NCBI GenBank assembly: GCA_021848705.1
Contig: JAJZTT010000001.1
Location: 7,837-71,836 of the forward strand
Origin: Pseudomonadota bacterium
Lineage (GTDB): Bacteria > Pseudomonadota > Gammaproteobacteria > Burkholderiales > JABEVD01
Reading direction: 5' to 3'
DNA length: 64,000 nucleotides
Part shown: positions 58,870-64,000 of the stretch, piece after piece
Position numbering within the stretch: position 1 is the stretch's first letter
Layout of the letters: each line of letters begins with the position of its first letter
Translations under genes and position numbers: made by a program
Notes under the pieces: model-generated
The model's database searches: none
Seen by the model: only the letters and a program-made list of their open reading frames with translations
Told to the model about the DNA's origin: nothing

Positions 58870-59462
58870 TGCGCCGCTTTCTTCTCCTCCTTTTTTTCCT
58901 CTGCGCTCCTGCCTTCGGTCAACCGGTCGAAGGCAGGGATTATCTGATCGTATCCGGATCCCTTCCTGCCGCCAGTTCGCCGATTACCGTGACCGAGTAT
59001 TTTTATTACGGTTGTCCGCAATGCCGTGATCTGGAGCCGGTGATCAACCAGTGGGCTGCTTCCCACCATTCCGTGAAACTGAACCATGTACCAGCTTTCA
59101 GAAATGCATGGATCACACTTGCCCGGACCTATTACTCGCTCGAAAAAATGGGCATTGAATCCAGGCTGCGCTCCGGGATTTTCTCCGCGATGGGCGAGCA
59201 GGGAATCGATCTTTCCAACGAGAGCGTTCTGTTCGGATGGATCATGAAGCAGGGCGTTCCCATCGAGCGTTTCCAGTCGCTGTTCTTCTCGGATGAAATC
59301 ACCAAAAAGATCGAAGATTCCATGAGACTTGCACTGGACGATCACATTTCAGGGGTTCCCGCCATTTTGGTCGACGGAAGATATCTCATGCTGGGAGATC
59401 TCGCCGACACCAGGATGCTCGACGAACTCGTCGATATCGCGCGGGAGGACAGAAAGCATTGA
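58869..59462 (+). CDS. second DsbA-family oxidoreductase (CPQC active site)
   Basis: Start trimmed to MRRFLLLLFFLCAPAFG. YFYYGCPQCR and GVPAILVDG. TGATG overlap with dsbA. Confidence 0.75.
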   Translation: MRRFLLLLFFLCAPAFGQPVEGRDYLIVSGSLPAASSPITVTEYFYYGCPQCRDLEPVINQWAASHHSVKLNHVPAFRNAWITLARTYYSLEKMGIESRLRSGIFSAMGEQGIDLSNESVLFGWIMKQGVPIERFQSLFFSDEITKKIEDSMRLALDDHISGVPAILVDGRYLMLGDLADTRMLDELVDIAREDRKH

Positions 59463-60223
59463 CGCTGCGAGTTTTCATCACCGGCGGCTCCAGTGGAATC
59501 GGTTTTGAACTTGCAAGGCAATACCTGGAGTCCGGAGCCATCGTCGGAATCACTTCAAGGGATGCCTCGCGCCTGGACTTTTTCGGCCAGAACTGGCCGG
59601 GGCGCGCCCTGCTTCTGGGGGCGGATGTCCGGGACATGGTTTCGATGAAAAGGGCCGCAGAACTTTTTCTTGCGCTTCATGGTGCGCCGGACATCGTCTA
59701 TGCCAATGCAGGGATCAGCATCGGAAACCTGACCGAGCTGGAGGAGGATATCGCGGTTTTCGAGGAAATCCTGGACACGAATGTCACGGGCATGGTTCGA
59801 ACTTTTCAACCCTTCCTCGCTGCGATGAAGCAAAGGGGGAGCGGGAAACTGGTTGGAATCTCGAGCATCGCCGGGTTTCGGGGACTTCCCGGAGCCAGCG
59901 CCTACTCCGCTTCGAAGGCTGCCGCCATCCGGTATCTGGAAGGACTGAGGGCCGAGCTTTATGGAAGTGGAATCCGGGTGATCACCATCTGCCCCGGCTA
60001 TGTCGCCACACCCATGACTTCCCGGAATCCCTACCCAATGCCGTTTCTGGTTCCTGCATCGAAAGCCGCATCAGGAATCATCAGATCTGTCGAAATGGAT
60101 AGACTGCGCTACACCTTTCCGTGGCAGATGAAAGCAATCGGGATGTTGCTCGGCATGCTTCCGGACCGGTTACATTCCCTTCTGTTCTCCAGGGCTCCAC
60201 GCAAACCGAGAATGGGCGATTAG
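59459..60223 (+). CDS. short-chain dehydrogenase/reductase
   Basis: TGGSSGIG cofactor motif and YSASKAA catalytic motif. TTG start overlaps the upstream TGA (ATTGA). Confidence 0.85.
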   Translation: MTLRVFITGGSSGIGFELARQYLESGAIVGITSRDASRLDFFGQNWPGRALLLGADVRDMVSMKRAAELFLALHGAPDIVYANAGISIGNLTELEEDIAVFEEILDTNVTGMVRTFQPFLAAMKQRGSGKLVGISSIAGFRGLPGASAYSASKAAAIRYLEGLRAELYGSGIRVITICPGYVATPMTSRNPYPMPFLVPASKAASGIIRSVEMDRLRYTFPWQMKAIGMLLGMLPDRLHSLLFSRAPRKPRMGD

Positions 60224-60978
60224 AGGAAACCCTGCCCCATCAGTTCGTGAGTGAGTAGATAATAATCCTTCGCACCCTGGCTTCCCGGCGCGTGTGAAAA
60301 GATATCGCGTCCATATGCAGGGCTTTCAGCCAGATTCACGTTTTCCATGATCCTTGTCTTGCACACTTTCCCTTCGAACCTTTCCTCGATGCTCTCCAGT
60401 GTCTTGTAGGCGAGTTTCCTCCGATTGTCGAAACGGGTCATGACGATCCGGTAGTCGTATTTCCTTCCGAATCTTGCCTGAAGCACCGAAAGCAGGGAAA
60501 CAACCCTTTGAACACCCTGCATCGAGAGAAAATCGGCTGAAACAGGAATCAGCACCCTCTCGGCAGACATGATTGCATTGAGCGAAAGCACGCCCAGCAT
60601 CGGACAGCAGTCGATGATGACGGTCTTGTTTTCCTCCGGGAAGCTTTCAGCAAGGCCTTCGCGAAGCCTGGAAGCAGCCTTTCCGTTCTTGCCGAAGAGA
60701 GCGTCGATCTTTGAAAGGTCCTGATTCGCTGCGATGACCCTCAAGCCATGACGGCGATTCTGCACGAGTTCCTTCAGCGTGCTTTCGTTGCGGAAGAATG
60801 CGCCGATTCCCCGGGTGGATTCCTCGTCCACTCCGAGCGCATGGGTGAGATGCCCCTGGGGGTCCAGATCGATGGCGAGCGTGTTTCTTTCAAGCAGTGC
60901 CAGCGCTGCAGCTAAATTGAGCGCAGTCGTGGTTTTCCCCACCCCGCCCTTCTGGTTGAACACTGCGATGGTCGCCAT
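60220..60978 (-). CDS. orphan ParA/MinD-family ATPase
   Basis: Deviant Walker A NQKGGVGKTT; 252 aa. No parB or parS seen nearby. Confidence 0.85.
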   Translation of the reverse strand: MATIAVFNQKGGVGKTTTALNLAAALALLERNTLAIDLDPQGHLTHALGVDEESTRGIGAFFRNESTLKELVQNRRHGLRVIAANQDLSKIDALFGKNGKAASRLREGLAESFPEENKTVIIDCCPMLGVLSLNAIMSAERVLIPVSADFLSMQGVQRVVSLLSVLQARFGRKYDYRIVMTRFDNRRKLAYKTLESIEERFEGKVCKTRIMENVNLAESPAYGRDIFSHAPGSQGAKDYYLLTHELMGQGFL

Positions 60979-61011
60979 GCCTGATCTGTGCAGAAATTTT
61001 CATTTGCTATA

Positions 61012-62187
61012 TTACTCCAGATCGGGCAGGGTTTGAATTCTTCCAGCGAGTCCTTCGTACAACCTGGCCATTTTTTCCGCCATGACCCCGGATCGCCAGG
61101 ACTTTGCATGCCTCAGACTTTTCCCGGACATGTCCATCCTGAGTTCTTCGTCCTGCAGAACCCTGACCATGGCAGCAGCGAATTCCTTTTCGTCCTCTGC
61201 CGGAACGATCGCGCCGCTCTCTTCGGTGAGGATATCCCTTGTGCCCATGTAGGCGGTCGAAATGACCGGCTTCGCGGCCGCCATGGCTTCGAGAAGAACC
61301 AGTCCCTGGGTCTCCGTTCTGGATGCGAACACGAATGCATCCGCAGCGGCATAACAATCCTTCAGCCTGTCCTTCCTGTCCAGATACCCGATGAAGCTTA
61401 CATGCCCCTCCATCCCGGTCTGGCTGGTAAACCTTTTGAGGGATTCTTCTGCCGGACCTTCCCCTGCGATGAGCAGAAGCAATTCCGGAACTTCATTTTT
61501 GGCGATTCGCGCTGCACGGATCAGGAATCCGATATTCTTTTCGAAAGCCACCCTGCCTACGAAAAGAAGGATTTTTCTGTTTTCACCGATCCCCTGTTCC
61601 TTCCTGAAGCCTTCCGCATTCCCAACAGCGAACATTTCTTCAGGAATGCCGGTCGGGATGATGTGAGTCTCCATCCTCACTCCGTAATCCTGCAACGTTT
61701 TTGCCATCGCATTGGAAGGGACGACGATTGCATTGACCGCATCGCACTGCATTCTTGAAAATCTTCTCGCTGCGCTTTTCAGCCATGCTGCAGGAAGAAA
61801 GGGAATGTAGTGATGGAAATATTCCTCGAAATAGGTGTGGTAGGTGGTGACGCATGGAACACCCAGATCCCTGGAGATGGAGCATCCCGCATAGTGTGCG
61901 ACAAAGGGGGTCTGGATGTGGATCAGATCGTAATCGCGCTCAGGAAGGGATTTCGCAATTTTCCTTGCCGCGCCGTAGGACATCATCCTGTCTTCCGGAT
62001 CGAGCAGCACCCTGGAAGACGGAATGCGGACGATGTTTTCCTCGTCATCCAGGGTTTTTCCATAATCCGGCACCGCAAGCGTCACATCGACCCCGAGCGC
62101 CGCGAGTTCCCTGCGAAAAGTCTGCATGGAAGTGGAAACCCCGTTGACGCGAGGAAAGTACACGTCGGAGATCATCAAAACTTTCAT
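61012..62187 (-). CDS. GT4-family glycosyltransferase
   Basis: MKVLMISDVYFPRVNGVSTS N-terminus; C-terminal ASRTETQGLVLLEAMAAAKPVI (E-x7-E region). Confidence 0.85.
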   Translation of the reverse strand: MKVLMISDVYFPRVNGVSTSMQTFRRELAALGVDVTLAVPDYGKTLDDEENIVRIPSSRVLLDPEDRMMSYGAARKIAKSLPERDYDLIHIQTPFVAHYAGCSISRDLGVPCVTTYHTYFEEYFHHYIPFLPAAWLKSAARRFSRMQCDAVNAIVVPSNAMAKTLQDYGVRMETHIIPTGIPEEMFAVGNAEGFRKEQGIGENRKILLFVGRVAFEKNIGFLIRAARIAKNEVPELLLLIAGEGPAEESLKRFTSQTGMEGHVSFIGYLDRKDRLKDCYAAADAFVFASRTETQGLVLLEAMAAAKPVISTAYMGTRDILTEESGAIVPAEDEKEFAAAMVRVLQDEELRMDMSGKSLRHAKSWRSGVMAEKMARLYEGLAGRIQTLPDLE

Positions 62188-62248
62188 GTGCCGGCCCGGT
62201 ATCTGACCAGCACACTATATCTTTGGATGATTTAGATTTTGTGACAGC

Positions 62249-64000
62249 CTATTCCACTGTCACCGATTTTGCCAGGTTTCTTGGCTTGTCCACGTCTGTG
62301 CCCTTCTGCAATGCGGCATGATAGGCGAGAAGCTGAAGCGGGATCGCGTGCAGGATCGGGCTAAGAAATCCGGCATGCTCCGTCATCCTGATGACGTGGA
62401 TATGCTCCTCGTCGTGGAAATGCGAATTCGAATCCGCAGAGACATACAGTTCCCCCCCCCTCGCCCTGACTTCCTGAAGGTTGGATTTCAGCTTTTCGAG
62501 AAGGGAGTCGCCCGGGGCGACCGCAACGACCGGCATGCTGCTGTCAACCAGCGCAAGCGGTCCATGCTTCAGCTCACCTGCCGGATATGCTTCCGCATGG
62601 ATATACGAGATCTCTTTCAGCTTCAGCGCCCCCTCCAGCGCGATCGGATAATGAATTCCCCTTGCGAGAAACAGCGCGTGGTGTTTGTCGGAAAATTTTT
62701 CCGCCCAATCCACCACCCTGGGTTCGATTTCCAGCGCCCTGTTGATCGAATGCGGAAGCTTGCGCAACTGTTCGAGATGCTGGAATTCCTGCTCTGGCGA
62801 TATCCTGCCCTTCATCTTCGCGACCACCAGGGTCAACAGGAAAAGCGCAACGAGCTGAGTTGTGAAGGCCTTGGTGGAAGCAACGCCGATTTCCGGTCCT
62901 GCGCGTGTGAGGAATCGCAGTTTCGATTGTCTCACCAGAGCGCTTTCATCCACGTTGCAGATGCTGAGCGTATTCATGCAGCCGAGGGATTTGGCGTACC
63001 CAAGGGCAGCGAGGGTATCCGCCGTTTCGCCGGATTGGGATACCGTGACGATCAGGCCATCAGGATCCGGCACGATGTCGCGGTAACGATATTCACTGGC
63101 CACCTCCGCATTGCACGAGATTCCCGCGATGCTTTCCATCCAGTATCTGGCAACGAGCCCGGCATGATAGCTCGTTCCGCAGGCGATGATGGTGACATTC
63201 CTGATCCCATCCAGTACATGTTCCGCCTCGCTGCCAAAAAGCTTTGGTGAAATCCCCAGTTCGTTGATTGCTATGTCGATCGTGTCTGCGATTGCCTTCG
63301 GCTGCTCGAAGATTTCCTTCTGCATGAAGTGGCGATAGGTGCCGAGTTCGGTGGTGTCCGCGCTCAACTCGCTGTAATGAACTTTCCTTTCCACCTTCCT
63401 TCCATCCTTGTCCAGGATTTCATAAGAAAGTAGACGTATGTCGACCACGTCACCGTCTTCGAGATAAACCATCTTTCTCGTTACGGGAAGCAGTGCGGAT
63501 GCGTCTGAAGCGAGAAAATTCTCCTCGATACCCAAGCCGAGCAGCAATGGACTGCCTTCCCTTGCGCAAATCATCCTGTCTTCATGCTCCCTGCTCACCA
63601 CCGCGATGGCGTAGGCGCCTTTCAGTTCCCTGACAGCCACCCTGGTCGCCTCGAAAAGGTCCTGGAGCTTCTGGTTGTGATGATGGATGAGGTGAACGAT
63701 GACTTCGGTATCGGTATCGGAAGTGAATTCATATCCGAGCCCTTCAAGTTTGGAGCGAAGTTCCGCGTGATTTTCGATGATCCCGTTGTGGACCACTGCA
63801 ATCTCGTCGCGGCTTGCATGCGGATGAGCATTCTTCTCGCTGGGTGCGCCGTGGGTCGCCCAGCGGGTGTGCGCGATTCCGAGATGCCCCTTCATCCCCT
63901 GCGTGAGCGTGGAAAGTTCGGCGACCCTGCCTACGCTTCTCACGCGGCTCAGTCCCTGATTTACGATCGCAATGCCGGCCGAATCATAGCCCCGGTATTC
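62249..64000 (-). CDS. glmS: glutamine--fructose-6-phosphate aminotransferase, N-terminus beyond window edge
   Basis: Two SIS domains and the family-typical C-terminus [13 protein letters not shown]. The frame stays open upstream of the track start (..[22 protein letters not shown]..). Confidence 0.93.
   Translation of the reverse strand, partial: EYRGYDSAGIAIVNQGLSRVRSVGRVAELSTLTQGMKGHLGIAHTRWATHGAPSEKNAHPHASRDEIAVVHNGIIENHAELRSKLEGLGYEFTSDTDTEVIVHLIHHHNQKLQDLFEATRVAVRELKGAYAIAVVSREHEDRMICAREGSPLLLGLGIEENFLASDASALLPVTRKMVYLEDGDVVDIRLLSYEILDKDGRKVERKVHYSELSADTTELGTYRHFMQKEIFEQPKAIADTIDIAINELGISPKLFGSEAEHVLDGIRNVTIIACGTSYHAGLVARYWMESIAGISCNAEVASEYRYRDIVPDPDGLIVTVSQSGETADTLAALGYAKSLGCMNTLSICNVDESALVRQSKLRFLTRAGPEIGVASTKAFTTQLVALFLLTLVVAKMKGRISPEQEFQHLEQLRKLPHSINRALEIEPRVVDWAEKFSDKHHALFLARGIHYPIALEGALKLKEISYIHAEAYPAGELKHGPLALVDSSMPVVAVAPGDSLLEKLKSNLQEVRARGGELYVSADSNSHFHDEEHIHVIRMTEHAGFLSPILHAIPLQLLAYHAALQKGTDVDKPRNLAKSVTVE

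Overview
Gene-dense, moderately GC-rich chromosomal segment. I can support about 65 protein genes, one tRNA-Gln and several intrinsic terminators. The gene order is one I associate with Betaproteobacteria; this is from memory, not a search. The main syntenic blocks are: polA-LOG-DUF2782-thrB; ABC/GldG cluster-mutM-arfB; TPR-lolB-ispE-tRNA-Gln-prs-rplY-pth ... ychF-surA-pdxA-rsmA; rubredoxin-gloA; thiD-thiE-hemL-engB-hemB; mrcA divergent from pilMNOPQ-aroK-aroB-dgt-gltBD-hemE-priA-argS-SPOR-dsbA; and glmS-GT4-parA-like. Almost everything is housekeeping. I do not see a clear multi-gene novel system such as defence, secretion or biosynthesis. The most unusual stretch is an AT-richer islet of about 2.1 kb (6551-8697). 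It holds two diverged copies of a module of about 230-260 bp. Each copy carries an SD-preceded small ORF of about 55 codons and nucleotide-perfect blocks that include a perfect DnaA box. The islet also holds a stand-alone Cys-rich CopZ-N-terminal-like protein, an intact parD next to a parE that has lost both its start codon and its 3' end, and a perfect 20-bp-stem hairpin at the parE truncation point. Smaller accessory insertions are: a small ORF plus a PAS-DGDEF gene between pth and ychF; a stand-alone CZB protein; and an XRE regulator with paired GACTATAGTC palindromes, divergent from a PAS-GAF-PAS-GGDEF-EAL-REC gene. Two orphan terminator sets (22703-22730 on the plus strand, 32281-32357 on the minus strand) suggest unannotated small transcripts. 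All functional calls come from motif recognition by eye. No database search was possible.
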